Part shown: in pieces, positions 39,122 through 49,725 of the stretch | How positions within the stretch are numbered: position 1 is the stretch's first letter | Layout of the letters: every line of letters begins with the position of its first letter | Sequence record: ON287375.1 | Reading direction: 5' to 3' (one strand) | Length of the DNA stretch: 64,000 bases | Position numbers and translations under genes: made by a program | The notes under the pieces: model-generated | Databases searched by the model: none | What the model was told of the DNA's origin: nothing | What the model saw: only the letters and a program-made list of their open reading frames with translations

Positions 39122-42100
39122 ATGAAAGATTTAGATATTGTCGATATTGATTACTCGGCTAAGAAAGCAGAGTTTAAGAAAGAAGACATTGTAGATCTTG
39201 CTAAGATTTCAGCACCTTGGATTGTACCAGAAGAAGGTCCGATGTATGGGGACAACACTCTTCGTGTAATCAGAGGTGGGATTGATTTAGTAAGAGGAAA
39301 GGATTGGGAACCTTCAACGGGTGTGCCTAAACTTTCAGAACTTACTGGTAAACCTGTTTACCTTTATGTCGAATTAAAAGACCATGTCCTAGCAACTGGT
39401 GGTAAAGTTAATCTTGTCTATCAGCGAGTAGGTAAACCAGTAATCTCTGTTAAGACCTTACTGGACATGTTGGAACAAATGGTCATCGAAGGTAAACCTA
39501 TTGACTGGGAAACTCAGATCAATAATAAACCTAAAACCTATTACCCTGCATGGCACTCTCATGATATCAAAAACCCTAATGAACTAGTTGGGTTTGGTGG
39601 TCTTGTTGAACTGTTTAGCATGTTCACTTACCGAGCCAAGAATGATGGTACTAGAGTAAGAGAACTGTTAGAAGAACTCCAGAAAGAAGTTTGGGCTAAA
39701 TTGAACTATGTTCAAAAACTCCTCTGGGGCGCAATCATGGATCATAGCCGAAACTATAAGAACCCACACCACTTGAAACCAAGTGATGTAGATTTAGGCA
39801 ATGTTCCTAACTGCGCCACAGCCACCCCTCAACAGGATGCCGATGCTTTACGTAATGATCTGTTTTCCACACCAGCAGGTCTCCAACGTCTAACTGAAGA
39901 ACTAGCCCCAGATACTGAAGATTTTATTATTCAGTCTGAGTTACCATTTGGTTACTTTGGTTCTGGGATTTACATTCCACCACCGATTACTGGTTCCTTT
40001 GAAGGTTTGGGTGGTGACTATGAGAACTCAGCATTCTGTCAGGAAGGTAACGGTTGGACTATCGGATTGCTCCGTGCCTTTGATGGTCGTGTAAAGAACC
40101 TTTACTACATCTATAAGACAGATGTGAAAAATCGTGATGAGAAGTTAGTTCCCTGGCTACATACTTACGTTCAATACCAGCATCCGAGAATTACTGCTGA
40201 TGGTAAACAACCTAACTATGTAATCAATGGGACTAATAATGACATCATTGTAATGGGTGATTCTGATAATCCATATAACCCAGTTTTACCAACTGAAAAG
40301 TTTTATATCAGTTTATCTAACTCGACATTCGACCCTAACAGTCATGAGTTTAAAGAGATTAATATTAACTCTTTAGTTACCCATAATGGTAAGGCACCGT
40401 CCGTCGGATTTTGTACAATAGCCCATATAGGAGATTGGATTTATCTAATTGATTCTAGTGCTGGGCAAGATGGTGTAACACCACCACCTGGTGTTGGGTA
40501 TGAAAACTTTCAGCAAACATTCTTCAGGGCTAAATTCTCAGACCTGACTGATAAAGATGTTGAGACTGTTAACTTCACACGTGTTGATGTCACCTACGAT
40601 ACGGCAGAACGAGTACGACGTACTGGTCCTACAATGGTGATGATTGATTACAAAACAAATGCCAATGGTGAGATTACAAAAGGATTACTTAATTACAATC
40701 CCCCTGTGAATACAGCAACATCCCACCGGCGCCGTCAGTTTATCATCGTTAACAATCCTAACAACCCTAATATCTCCAGAGTTAGGATTCTGACAGTACA
40801 ATATGTTACCAAAACCCAAGGTAATGTATCGCGTGCTGGTTGGATGAACTTAGTGCTCGATTATGAGTGGAATGGTGAGACCAATACTTGGACACTTGGT
40901 CCTCATTGGGAATTTGCTACCTATGATGTCACCCAGGACAAAGTAATTTCACCAACTAAGAACTGGTCTGATTGGTGCAACGGAAATAATGAACAAAGAT
41001 ACCACTCTTTGTCATTTGGTATAGTTGCCGGTAGTTATATTCCTGGATTTGGGTTCGTATCAATTGGTTCTCGTCAAACGGGTACACCGCCATTAATGGC
41101 TATCTCAAGTCAGTATAACCGTGATGGTGACCCGCAACGTGACTATGAGTGGATGGGTCAACCTGTTAACTGGAAGACCGATACCGGTCAACAGAATGGT
41201 TGGTGGAACCGCATGATTCTGAGGTCCCCATTTGGTGTTTCTGGTTTCCCTCGTTTCTATGCTGACTTATATCGGTTGGATGGAAAGATTAGACAATCAC
41301 CTATTGAGATCTTCCAAGCAGAAACTGAAGATCAGAATACAGCCTGCTTCTATCGTATTACTGAAGGCGGAGACGGGGATAATTACGACAAACGTGATTC
41401 ACTCCAATCCAAGTATATAGCTAAACCACTCTATGGTCGTAAGACTAACTCTAACTTCGGTTCTGTCAATGGTATTCTGTATAACACCCCTACTGTTAAC
41501 AGACCTAAGAAGAAAGATGTGAAGAGTAGAGAAGTTGGTGTATTTGGCTACCTACGCCGTAACATTATCGATAACCCCGGTGCTCCTTACGAATTCAGTA
41601 AGAGAACATACGCCGATGGTAGTATCAAGCAAATGGTTCAAGAGAATGATGGTAGCATTATTGCTAACCTGAATCTTAACTTTACGATGGATCCATTATC
41701 CAAAGTTATCTTTGCTAGACCACTGCCTTCTGAACAGGTTAGGGTTCCTAAAGCTATTTGGGAAGGTGTTATCAAGACAGCGATGGAAGTTCATTACGCT
41801 AAAGCACTTGATATCGGTGTTAGCTTCTATGTCTGTCAAGACCCTGGAACTAATGCTGACCAACCTTACTGCATGTTCTCAATCATTTATCACATTACCG
41901 ACAACCCTCGTCTAACTCGTTCTATCATTGGGCGCTTTAACTGGGATGTTGCATCAGTAGGCGCTGATGGTATTCGTGTGATGAAGATCGGTGCTATCGA
42001 TTATCCATTTAGTGGAGCCAATTACTCTAAGCAGCGTTTAGTTCCGCCATCACAGAACCCCGAAAACGTTATCTCGTATAATGAACATCAGACTAATCCA

Positions 42101-42886
42101 AATGGTTCTTGGTTTAGCTTAGTTTATCGTGATGCAATCAACATTTGTTATCCACATATGGAAATTCTGGATTATCCAGAAGAAGGTCCAAGGAATATGG
42201 AACAATGTTGGTTTACGGGGATTCAGGTGAACACCGTTGGTAACGCCACAACTCAGCGTATCTTTATGCGAGTCAGGAATAACCAATTAGTGGAAGCAAC
42301 ATCTTCTACTGGTGCAGGTCAATCATTTAACGAATATGGTTGGCAAGTTCAGGCTAACCCTCAATGGGGTTGGTTACAAGGTGTTCCTGCTGCTGAGTCT
42401 GGTGGCGCAATGGACTTGATGCAACCTTGGCTTGGTCCAGAAGGTACCCTGCCAAACGTACAAGATAAATACGTTATGTTGGGTGCGACTTACGTTGAAG
42501 GTAACTGGTCAGTATTCATCAATGCGGATATCAACGTGACCTTTAATGGTTACTCGATGCCTGCTAAAATGACTAACTGGGATTTAAGAGATCTTACCGA
42601 TGTTTATCGCAAATCAACATTTTATCTTTACTGTGTGGCTGACGGTTCTACTGCTAAGTACGATGTTTCAAAAGTACTAAGACACCATAACCCATCTGCC
42701 ATCCTGGTAGCAACAATTAAAACTGATGACTTTGGTATTGTGACCATCCAACGTTATCAAAGCTTTACAATTAGTGGTTACCCGCTAACACGTCAACGTG
42801 ATACGGGTGTTCCAGTATCTTCTGGAGCTATAACGGATAAAGGTACTTACCGATTCCTGAAACGTAGCGAACTGTATACTGGTTAA
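39122..42886 (+). CDS. large tail fibre/baseplate-appendage protein 2
   Basis: 1254 aa. NPHHLKPSDVDLGNVPN fibre motif and PPPITGSFEGLGG; paralog of the previous ORF. Confidence 0.65.
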   Translation: MKDLDIVDIDYSAKKAEFKKEDIVDLAKISAPWIVPEEGPMYGDNTLRVIRGGIDLVRGKDWEPSTGVPKLSELTGKPVYLYVELKDHVLATGGKVNLVYQRVGKPVISVKTLLDMLEQMVIEGKPIDWETQINNKPKTYYPAWHSHDIKNPNELVGFGGLVELFSMFTYRAKNDGTRVRELLEELQKEVWAKLNYVQKLLWGAIMDHSRNYKNPHHLKPSDVDLGNVPNCATATPQQDADALRNDLFSTPAGLQRLTEELAPDTEDFIIQSELPFGYFGSGIYIPPPITGSFEGLGGDYENSAFCQEGNGWTIGLLRAFDGRVKNLYYIYKTDVKNRDEKLVPWLHTYVQYQHPRITADGKQPNYVINGTNNDIIVMGDSDNPYNPVLPTEKFYISLSNSTFDPNSHEFKEININSLVTHNGKAPSVGFCTIAHIGDWIYLIDSSAGQDGVTPPPGVGYENFQQTFFRAKFSDLTDKDVETVNFTRVDVTYDTAERVRRTGPTMVMIDYKTNANGEITKGLLNYNPPVNTATSHRRRQFIIVNNPNNPNISRVRILTVQYVTKTQGNVSRAGWMNLVLDYEWNGETNTWTLGPHWEFATYDVTQDKVISPTKNWSDWCNGNNEQRYHSLSFGIVAGSYIPGFGFVSIGSRQTGTPPLMAISSQYNRDGDPQRDYEWMGQPVNWKTDTGQQNGWWNRMILRSPFGVSGFPRFYADLYRLDGKIRQSPIEIFQAETEDQNTACFYRITEGGDGDNYDKRDSLQSKYIAKPLYGRKTNSNFGSVNGILYNTPTVNRPKKKDVKSREVGVFGYLRRNIIDNPGAPYEFSKRTYADGSIKQMVQENDGSIIANLNLNFTMDPLSKVIFARPLPSEQVRVPKAIWEGVIKTAMEVHYAKALDIGVSFYVCQDPGTNADQPYCMFSIIYHITDNPRLTRSIIGRFNWDVASVGADGIRVMKIGAIDYPFSGANYSKQRLVPPSQNPENVISYNEHQTNPNGSWFSLVYRDAINICYPHMEILDYPEEGPRNMEQCWFTGIQVNTVGNATTQRIFMRVRNNQLVEATSSTGAGQSFNEYGWQVQANPQWGWLQGVPAAESGGAMDLMQPWLGPEGTLPNVQDKYVMLGATYVEGNWSVFINADINVTFNGYSMPAKMTNWDLRDLTDVYRKSTFYLYCVADGSTAKYDVSKVLRHHNPSAILVATIKTDDFGIVTIQRYQSFTISGYPLTRQRDTGVPVSSGAITDKGTYRFLKRSELYTG

Positions 42887-42891
42887 TGGAT

Positions 42892-42909
42892 AGGGGAGGA
42901 AACTCCCCT
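42892..42909 (+). terminator. GAAA-loop hairpin
   Basis: AGGGGAG-GAAA-CTCCCCT, then TTCTTCTTT. Confidence 0.55.
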
Positions 42910-42929
42910 TTCTTCTTTAGGAGATTTTC

Positions 42930-45900
42930 ATGTTTGTAGATCCGGATAAGCCCTTACCACCTGCTGGTGCTAAGGTCGATACACTCGGTTCCGTCTTAGA
43001 AGCAATCATTGAAATCGGCAATGCAAAGGCTGTAAGTACAGGTGATGCAGCTGAATTTGAAAGACGTGTAACTGAAGCATTGCAAGATGTTGATAAAATC
43101 ATCGATGGCTTCCAACAGGATGCAACAAACGCAATTAAAGCCCACACTGACCTTCAAGGTGCGGTGCACGGTGAAACTAAAACTACAGTAGGTTTGGATA
43201 AGAAAGAAAACTGGAAAATGGCTACACCTCAAGAACACTTGGATGGTGAGTCCCAGGATACCTTTTGTAACCCAGTTGGTTTAGCCGCGCTTGTTAAAAA
43301 GTATATGTCGATAGATCCAGATAACTATATCAGATCTCGACTGATGCCTATTGCATCTGGTGGTCAATTGGGTAACGTCCCTCAATGGCCATTCAACTGG
43401 AAAGAAGGTGAAGTAGTAGAATCACCAAAACCAGCGATGGATTATTACACTGAGACCCCTTGGCAGTTCTCTACTGACCAGGGCGTGCGTTTATATCCAG
43501 CCATGAATGGTTCCGATATCCTCACGCAGGCAAGACCTGATACAGGCCGTGCTAGACGAGCTGTAACGCCTTGGGGCGGCACAGATGTTCGTGTTTATAA
43601 TAGCACCTTAGATTTACGCAGAACCCGTCCTGGCGTCTTACGTGCTGAATCTAATATCGAACCAAATAACCAACTGCTCAGAGGTTCACCTCACTTATTT
43701 GATCGTCACTGTGTCTACTATGTTGAAGATCAGTCGGTTAAGGTGAGAGCTTTTAACAAAATCAGGCTTCCTTTCGATATCCTTGATAACGCTGGCTTGT
43801 TTGCTAAGAACTGGGAAGGTATTGTTGAATCTCGTGAATCTACGATCTATAACCCAATTGTTACTATCCAACGTGGTAACTTAGGTTCTGGCGATAGTGT
43901 TTATTTGGCTATTGATCTCGATCTGTATAGCTTTGTTGAACACGGTACAGCTGCAAAAGACGGTCCTGGTAATCCATCGGAAACAGTTGCGACGTTAGGT
44001 GATAAATACACCACCATTAACTGGCAGGTTGGTAACAATAAGTTCAAGATTTATAACCGTCCTAATACTGGGGTTAAAGGTGTTTACTTGGATATCAAAA
44101 GTATCCTTAATTTCACTCAAGCACAGTTAGATGGTTTCTGGAATAACTTTAACCACTCTCATGCCAAACACGTTGCATTTACCTGGCTCAACCGTTTGAA
44201 AGGTGAGTTTGCTATTCGTATCCCGATTGGTTTCTACACCAAGGATAAGAAGCACTACATCAACTACTACATGGACCTGTCATTTAAGTCCAAAGAAGTT
44301 GGTGACGGTAAAACAGCAACTGTCACGATTGACTCATTAAGAGATATTGATAGCAATATCCAAACTCTTGATGACAACTATCAGGTTAAACCTACTGGTC
44401 GTTTTGTTGAGTATAACGCCGATGTAACCAATGATATTTTCCACCCGCTTGTCTTTAATGGGATCTTTGAATCTCAAGGTGGTCATATCAAAACGTATAC
44501 TTATTACAATCGTCAGTATGTTGGTTATTATCAACACAACGTTGGTGATACTAAAGAGTGGATTGCTAATGGTGATGAGATCAAACCTAAGCTTATCAAG
44601 TATAACTACGGTCAAATCTCTACACTGAACCAAGATGGATTGTACGGCGACCATTTACGTCATATCCCACTTAATGTGGAAAATGGAACTGTAAATTACC
44701 TCACTCTAACTCGTGACTGGGCTAACACTTATCGTTGGGGTATTTGTAACGCTAACCTCGATAATAAACCAGTTATGTACAGTAGCGGTGATCATGCTTA
44801 CGGTCCTTGGCGCAATACCTTAACCTGGATGAACCCTAACTACACTCGCATCCCTGACTTCTTGGTTGTGAATGAAGAGAACTCATCTAACTTTGATACT
44901 AGTTGTTTGGTATTCAATACCCAGAACGAGTTTAAGGGTTATGCTAAGTTCAGCTTTGATACTGCTGATACTCAAGCCACAGTTAAAGGTGTTGACCCAG
45001 TAGGGGTAGATGACCAGATTCTTTCTTATATCGCTACATTAGGTGGTGGTTGGACTAAGAACCATCGTCAGATGTTCTACTTCCAAAACCGTCTGTATTT
45101 CTTCTCTCAGTGTTTATCTGTGGCAGAATGGCCAGCTGATAATGTTGACTGTTATTACGGTTGGGTTAGTGGTGCTTATATTGATGTGACTGATGGTGTC
45201 AGAACCATCAAGATCAATGGTAACTTAAAAGATCAAGTTACGGCTAAACCACTCAAGGTAAATAATAAGAGATCTGCAACTGCAGATTGGACTAGTGTAT
45301 TTGGTCGCGATCGTTTCGAATCTACCGACACCTACCTGATGTTGATGAATCGTAATGGGAACGTTTCCAAATATAAGTTGATGGTCAACCTAGCGCCTCA
45401 TAACAACTTCTATTTCGAGTTTGAGTTGACAGTTGATGCTGGACAAGGGACTACCACACTTCAGCCTGATCCAGGTGCTATTGACCCAGTATTCCCTTAT
45501 GACTCAACAACTGGTTATAATGTGGACTACGAAGCAGTATCTGCATATAAAACCCTAGTTCCCCACCACATGCATGTCAACTTCCAATCCCCTGTGATGA
45601 TGAAGAAATCCTTGTGGAGTTATCGTAAGACTCCTGGGATTTATGGTGTATTTTCCATGTCAGGAAAAACCACTCTCGTCAATGGCGGATTGATGAATGC
45701 TATCGAAGGGACCAACATTTACCCTATGGGTTCATTGGTAACCATTGGTGGCGGCAACAGCTTGGTGAAACTTCCTGTTGATGCTGCGGATAAGTTATAT
45801 CCTGATGCTGATGAACTCTTTGTTCGGCAGAATGGTACTGCCCTTGAGTTGTATGGGAGAAAGTATAATCCTAACAACTATGAGACTGAACCAAACGCCG

Positions 45901-48677
45901 GTGTTGTGCCGTGTGGATTCTTGAAGAATAGTACATTTACCCACTATGACCAAGATGGTTGGCGTAATGCCTTACTTCCGGTCATCGATAGCTTGCGAAT
46001 GAACTACTATGGTTATGGTTCATCCTTCCCTGCTTTCATGGGTATCTATGGTGAAGGTAAACCTATTAACCGCTTCTTCTTGAATATCAAAGGAACGACA
46101 TTTAAATGGGATACTGCTCAAGGCCGAGCTGTTCCACTAACAGGTTCTAATGCCATTAAGATCAATGGTCAGGCTGTACAACCTAATGGAACCGGTGTTT
46201 ACAATATCCCTAGTTCGTATACTGGTGTCGTAACCTTAGAGATCTCTGGACTCTTAGAGTTGAAATGGGGTAAAGGTCTGGTTGAGTTAGTTGAGATTGG
46301 TTCTAGTGTTTCTACACTCAACTTTAAGAACTCTACTGATTTCACCATTACTGCTGAACTACCTGGAAACGTTATTGACTTAGATCATACCTTTGAGGGA
46401 GCTACTGGTTCCACGTATAAAGGGATTGAGAAGTGGGATACCTCCAATATCAGTAGTATGGAAGCGACCTTTAAGAATGCAGTTAACTTCAATGCTGACA
46501 TTAGCAACTGGGATGTTAATAATGTTAAATCCATGAAAGAAATGTTCATGGGGACTAAGAAGTTTAACCAACCCATCGGTAACTGGAATTATCATAAAGT
46601 CTTGACCATGGAATCCATGTTTGAGAACGCACTGGCGTTTAACCAGAACTTTAGTAACAACTCACCAAACAGTCTTCAAAGTGCATCTAAGATGTTCAAA
46701 GGGACAACAGTGTTTGATGGAGATATGACTAACTGGTTAACAGCTACAATTACTGATGTTTCTGGTATGTTTAAGAATGCTCAGGCATTCACAGGTAAAG
46801 GTGTTGCTAAGTGGGTAGTTACACATCTCACTAATGCTGAAGACATGTTCTCAGCAACCAAGGCATTCATGACTAGTGGGGATCTAAGCAATTGGAAACT
46901 GACTAGTTGCGTTAACCTGAGAGGGATGTTTGAGGACTCCAACTTTAATGCTAAAGTTGATAACTGGGTATTGGCGGTAGATGTCGATTGTACCAGAATG
47001 TTCTCAGGGACTCCTACCTTTAACCAGCCACTTACTAACTGGAACTTTGGGAATATCAAATATGTAACAGGTATGTTCCAACAGGCTAAAGGTTTTAATC
47101 AACCGATGCCGAACATCACTTGGACTCGTTGTGCTTCCTTTAATACCATGTTCTATGCATCAGTGTTCAACTCCACTGTTAAAGGTTGGAAGTTTGCAGA
47201 TGCCAATAGTACAGCCGGTAAGAATGGAATTGACTTCAACTACATGTTTGCATTTACCAAGGACTTTAACGATCCAGACATCGTTGATTGGGATACGTCT
47301 AACGTTGTTAGCATGGAAGGTACATTTAAAAATACCAACCTGTTTAACCAGCCAATTGGTAAATGGAATACCAAGTCTCTCCAGACCATCCAAGGGATGT
47401 TCCGGGCCGCAGTTGTCTTCAACCAAGATATTTCGATGTGGGATACTTCTAAAGTTGTAGATATGTCTGAAGTATTTATGAAAGCAGCTAAATTCAACCA
47501 AGACATTTCTGCTTGGAATACTGATTCTGTCACATCCATGTACTCCATGTTTGAAACAACTGGTGCTTTCGGGACTAACGGCAATAAGTTCTCTCTTAGT
47601 AAATGGAACACCAAATCCGTTAGGGCGGCAAATAGGATGTTTGCCGAAAGTAAGTACAACGCCAGTGTTGAAGGATGTTCTTGGGGGTTATCTGCTGACC
47701 TTACCGGGATGTTCCAAAATAACACTGAGTTTAACCAACCACTCACAGGGTGGGTAGTTAACAACGTTAGGTATGTCAAAAACATGTTCTATGGTGCAAC
47801 AGCATTTAACAGTTCTGTTAAGGATTTGAACTGGGAAAAATGCGAAGACTTTAGTTCCATGTTTGAAGGCGCCACTAAGTTCAATCAAGATTTAGGTACA
47901 TGGCAGTTCAGTAAATGGCCGAATGGAATCATTCTTAGCGCCAACATGTTTAAGGACTGTCCGACATTTAAAGGAATTGGACTTGACAAATGGACTGGAT
48001 TGAATTTCACCAGTGTTGCCGGTATGTTCCAGAACTGTACTGTTTTTGAAGCAGATATCAGTAATTGGACGATTAACCGTATCACTAACTTGATTAGTAC
48101 ATTTGAAGGATGTTCTTCTTTCAACTGCGACCTAACCAGATGGGACACTTCTAAAGTTACCTTGATGACCAGTACCTTCAAAGGCTGTTCGATGTTCAAT
48201 GGTGACATTAGTAATTGGAACACTGGTATGGTTTCTGACATGACTTCAATGTTCATGGACTGTACTAACTTCAAAGGTGATATTAGTGGGTGGAATGTTA
48301 AGAATGTAGTCAGGTTCACCGACATGTTCAATAACGCCTCTGCTTTCGATGCCGATCTTTCTGCCTGGGATACAACTACCTGTATCAACTACTCTGGCAT
48401 GTTTAAATCTGCGGTGTCCTTTAATAAGAACATTGGTAGTTGGAAAACTAGCCGAGCAGTTAACATGAATGACATGTTTAATGGTGCTGCTAAATTCAAC
48501 CAACCAATCGGTTCGTGGGATACGAGCATTGTCACAGACATGATCTCCATGTTCATGGGTGCATTGTCCTTTAACCAAGACTTGTCTAAGTGGGATGTGA
48601 AACGTGTTAACAAACACGCTAACTTCGACACGAACGCTCCGTCTTGGGTTGCTCCAAAACCTAACTTTGTACTATAA
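42930..48677 (+). CDS. large tail fibre protein 3 with C-terminal DUF285/BspA-type repeats
   Basis: 1915 aa. VHGETKTTVGLDKKEN fibre motif at the N-terminus; the last ~750 aa are W-(D/N)TSxVxxMxxMFxxAxxFNQxIxxW repeats. Confidence 0.7.
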   Translation: MFVDPDKPLPPAGAKVDTLGSVLEAIIEIGNAKAVSTGDAAEFERRVTEALQDVDKIIDGFQQDATNAIKAHTDLQGAVHGETKTTVGLDKKENWKMATPQEHLDGESQDTFCNPVGLAALVKKYMSIDPDNYIRSRLMPIASGGQLGNVPQWPFNWKEGEVVESPKPAMDYYTETPWQFSTDQGVRLYPAMNGSDILTQARPDTGRARRAVTPWGGTDVRVYNSTLDLRRTRPGVLRAESNIEPNNQLLRGSPHLFDRHCVYYVEDQSVKVRAFNKIRLPFDILDNAGLFAKNWEGIVESRESTIYNPIVTIQRGNLGSGDSVYLAIDLDLYSFVEHGTAAKDGPGNPSETVATLGDKYTTINWQVGNNKFKIYNRPNTGVKGVYLDIKSILNFTQAQLDGFWNNFNHSHAKHVAFTWLNRLKGEFAIRIPIGFYTKDKKHYINYYMDLSFKSKEVGDGKTATVTIDSLRDIDSNIQTLDDNYQVKPTGRFVEYNADVTNDIFHPLVFNGIFESQGGHIKTYTYYNRQYVGYYQHNVGDTKEWIANGDEIKPKLIKYNYGQISTLNQDGLYGDHLRHIPLNVENGTVNYLTLTRDWANTYRWGICNANLDNKPVMYSSGDHAYGPWRNTLTWMNPNYTRIPDFLVVNEENSSNFDTSCLVFNTQNEFKGYAKFSFDTADTQATVKGVDPVGVDDQILSYIATLGGGWTKNHRQMFYFQNRLYFFSQCLSVAEWPADNVDCYYGWVSGAYIDVTDGVRTIKINGNLKDQVTAKPLKVNNKRSATADWTSVFGRDRFESTDTYLMLMNRNGNVSKYKLMVNLAPHNNFYFEFELTVDAGQGTTTLQPDPGAIDPVFPYDSTTGYNVDYEAVSAYKTLVPHHMHVNFQSPVMMKKSLWSYRKTPGIYGVFSMSGKTTLVNGGLMNAIEGTNIYPMGSLVTIGGGNSLVKLPVDAADKLYPDADELFVRQNGTALELYGRKYNPNNYETEPNAGVVPCGFLKNSTFTHYDQDGWRNALLPVIDSLRMNYYGYGSSFPAFMGIYGEGKPINRFFLNIKGTTFKWDTAQGRAVPLTGSNAIKINGQAVQPNGTGVYNIPSSYTGVVTLEISGLLELKWGKGLVELVEIGSSVSTLNFKNSTDFTITAELPGNVIDLDHTFEGATGSTYKGIEKWDTSNISSMEATFKNAVNFNADISNWDVNNVKSMKEMFMGTKKFNQPIGNWNYHKVLTMESMFENALAFNQNFSNNSPNSLQSASKMFKGTTVFDGDMTNWLTATITDVSGMFKNAQAFTGKGVAKWVVTHLTNAEDMFSATKAFMTSGDLSNWKLTSCVNLRGMFEDSNFNAKVDNWVLAVDVDCTRMFSGTPTFNQPLTNWNFGNIKYVTGMFQQAKGFNQPMPNITWTRCASFNTMFYASVFNSTVKGWKFADANSTAGKNGIDFNYMFAFTKDFNDPDIVDWDTSNVVSMEGTFKNTNLFNQPIGKWNTKSLQTIQGMFRAAVVFNQDISMWDTSKVVDMSEVFMKAAKFNQDISAWNTDSVTSMYSMFETTGAFGTNGNKFSLSKWNTKSVRAANRMFAESKYNASVEGCSWGLSADLTGMFQNNTEFNQPLTGWVVNNVRYVKNMFYGATAFNSSVKDLNWEKCEDFSSMFEGATKFNQDLGTWQFSKWPNGIILSANMFKDCPTFKGIGLDKWTGLNFTSVAGMFQNCTVFEADISNWTINRITNLISTFEGCSSFNCDLTRWDTSKVTLMTSTFKGCSMFNGDISNWNTGMVSDMTSMFMDCTNFKGDISGWNVKNVVRFTDMFNNASAFDADLSAWDTTTCINYSGMFKSAVSFNKNIGSWKTSRAVNMNDMFNGAAKFNQPIGSWDTSIVTDMISMFMGALSFNQDLSKWDVKRVNKHANFDTNAPSWVAPKPNFVL
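46434..48674 (+). repeat. about 28 degenerate ~25-aa DUF285 (PARCEL/BspA-like) repeats plus cap
   Basis: Manual count of W-delimited units in the translation gave 28 plus a terminal cap. Confidence 0.85.
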
Positions 48678-48686
48678 GTCATAAGT

Positions 48687-48714
48687 CCCTACCCTTCCTT
48701 TCGGAGGGGTAGGG
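48687..48714. terminator. bidirectional terminator with TATG tails on both strands
   Basis: CCCTACCCTTCC-TTTC-GGAGGGGTAGGG, with CATA at 48680-83 and TATG at 48717-20. Confidence 0.8.
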
Positions 48715-48726
48715 GTTATGTTTGTT

Positions 48727-49704
48727 TTATGCAACAGGACCTGAGTTATCACCGCCGGATTTAACGGCAGAATGTTTGTGACCAAGATAGTTAACACCAT
48801 CAATAGTCCAACCACCACCAACTTCACCTTTACCACCAAACTGGCTAAAGCCACCTTGGACACCAACATTACCTTCAACAGTATAGTTGCCTTTCTGGTT
48901 ATAATTACCTTCGTGGACTATATTGCCTTTGATGTAAATGTCAGGGGAAAGCCAAGTTGTTTTCTTAGTATCAAAACTGATACTTTCATCAGCTTTCAGT
49001 TTAAGTTCTTTACACTGGAGATCAATATTGTTCTTACCTTTCAATAACATCCTGTCTTCGCAAGACATGGTGATGTTTTTCTTTTCGATATTCAGGAATG
49101 ATTTCTCTTCATTGATAAATGAGAATGCATGATCCATAGAGTTAATAGAGAGAATGTTATTCTCACCATCAACTATACCGAATTGACCATTACCGGTATC
49201 AAGAGATAAACAATAAGAAGTTGGTTCTCCATTCCCTTGACCAGTAACTAACTGGATCATTTTTTTATGGGAAGATATCATGAATATGTAATAGTTATCC
49301 GGTGTTACTGGAGCATTAGCATCAACATTAGGAGAGGATGAGAACGCATAGATTACAGTTTCAAGACGTAGAGTACCATCCATACCAAAATAGGTCCAAC
49401 GGTATTTAGATTGTCCTACAAACTTATAGACAACTACTTTACTGCCATTTCGAACATCAGGAGCAGTCACTCGGTTGGTGTTGATTGGCATCCAAGTTGC
49501 TGGTACTGTGTTAGAACTTAAAGTAGTACTGGAGCTGGTATCTCCTGTAGGTGTCTTGGTTGTTACAGTTTGTGTTTCGGTTTGAGTCGTGACTTCACCG
49601 TCACCCTCAGGAAACATTGATGGGATATAAACTTGAATCTCATCGGTATTAGTTTCCTTATCCATCGCAACAATGCCGACACCCAGGCATTCTAATACAT
49701 TCAT
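48727..49704 (-). CDS. baseplate central spike (gpV/gp5-like, phiKZ gp164-like)
   Basis: OB-like N-terminus (VPATW...APDVRNGSKVVV), Gly-rich beta-helix repeats and a terminal H-x-H iron-binding tip (YLGHKHSAV...GPV). Confidence 0.75.
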   Translation of the reverse strand: MNVLECLGVGIVAMDKETNTDEIQVYIPSMFPEGDGEVTTQTETQTVTTKTPTGDTSSSTTLSSNTVPATWMPINTNRVTAPDVRNGSKVVVYKFVGQSKYRWTYFGMDGTLRLETVIYAFSSSPNVDANAPVTPDNYYIFMISSHKKMIQLVTGQGNGEPTSYCLSLDTGNGQFGIVDGENNILSINSMDHAFSFINEEKSFLNIEKKNITMSCEDRMLLKGKNNIDLQCKELKLKADESISFDTKKTTWLSPDIYIKGNIVHEGNYNQKGNYTVEGNVGVQGGFSQFGGKGEVGGGWTIDGVNYLGHKHSAVKSGGDNSGPVA

Positions 49705-49725
49705 AATTGACCCTTTGAGGTTTCA

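Noticed and set aside
46434-48674. Possible CRISPR array or DGR variable region
   Set aside because: Repeats are degenerate at the DNA level and in-frame protein repeats. There are no identical direct repeats with spacers, no template/variable repeat pair differing at adenines, and no reverse transcriptase in the window.
48672-49132. Short + and - ORFs around the spike gene
   Set aside because: They are antisense or alternate-frame shadows of Gly-rich repeats, with no SD.
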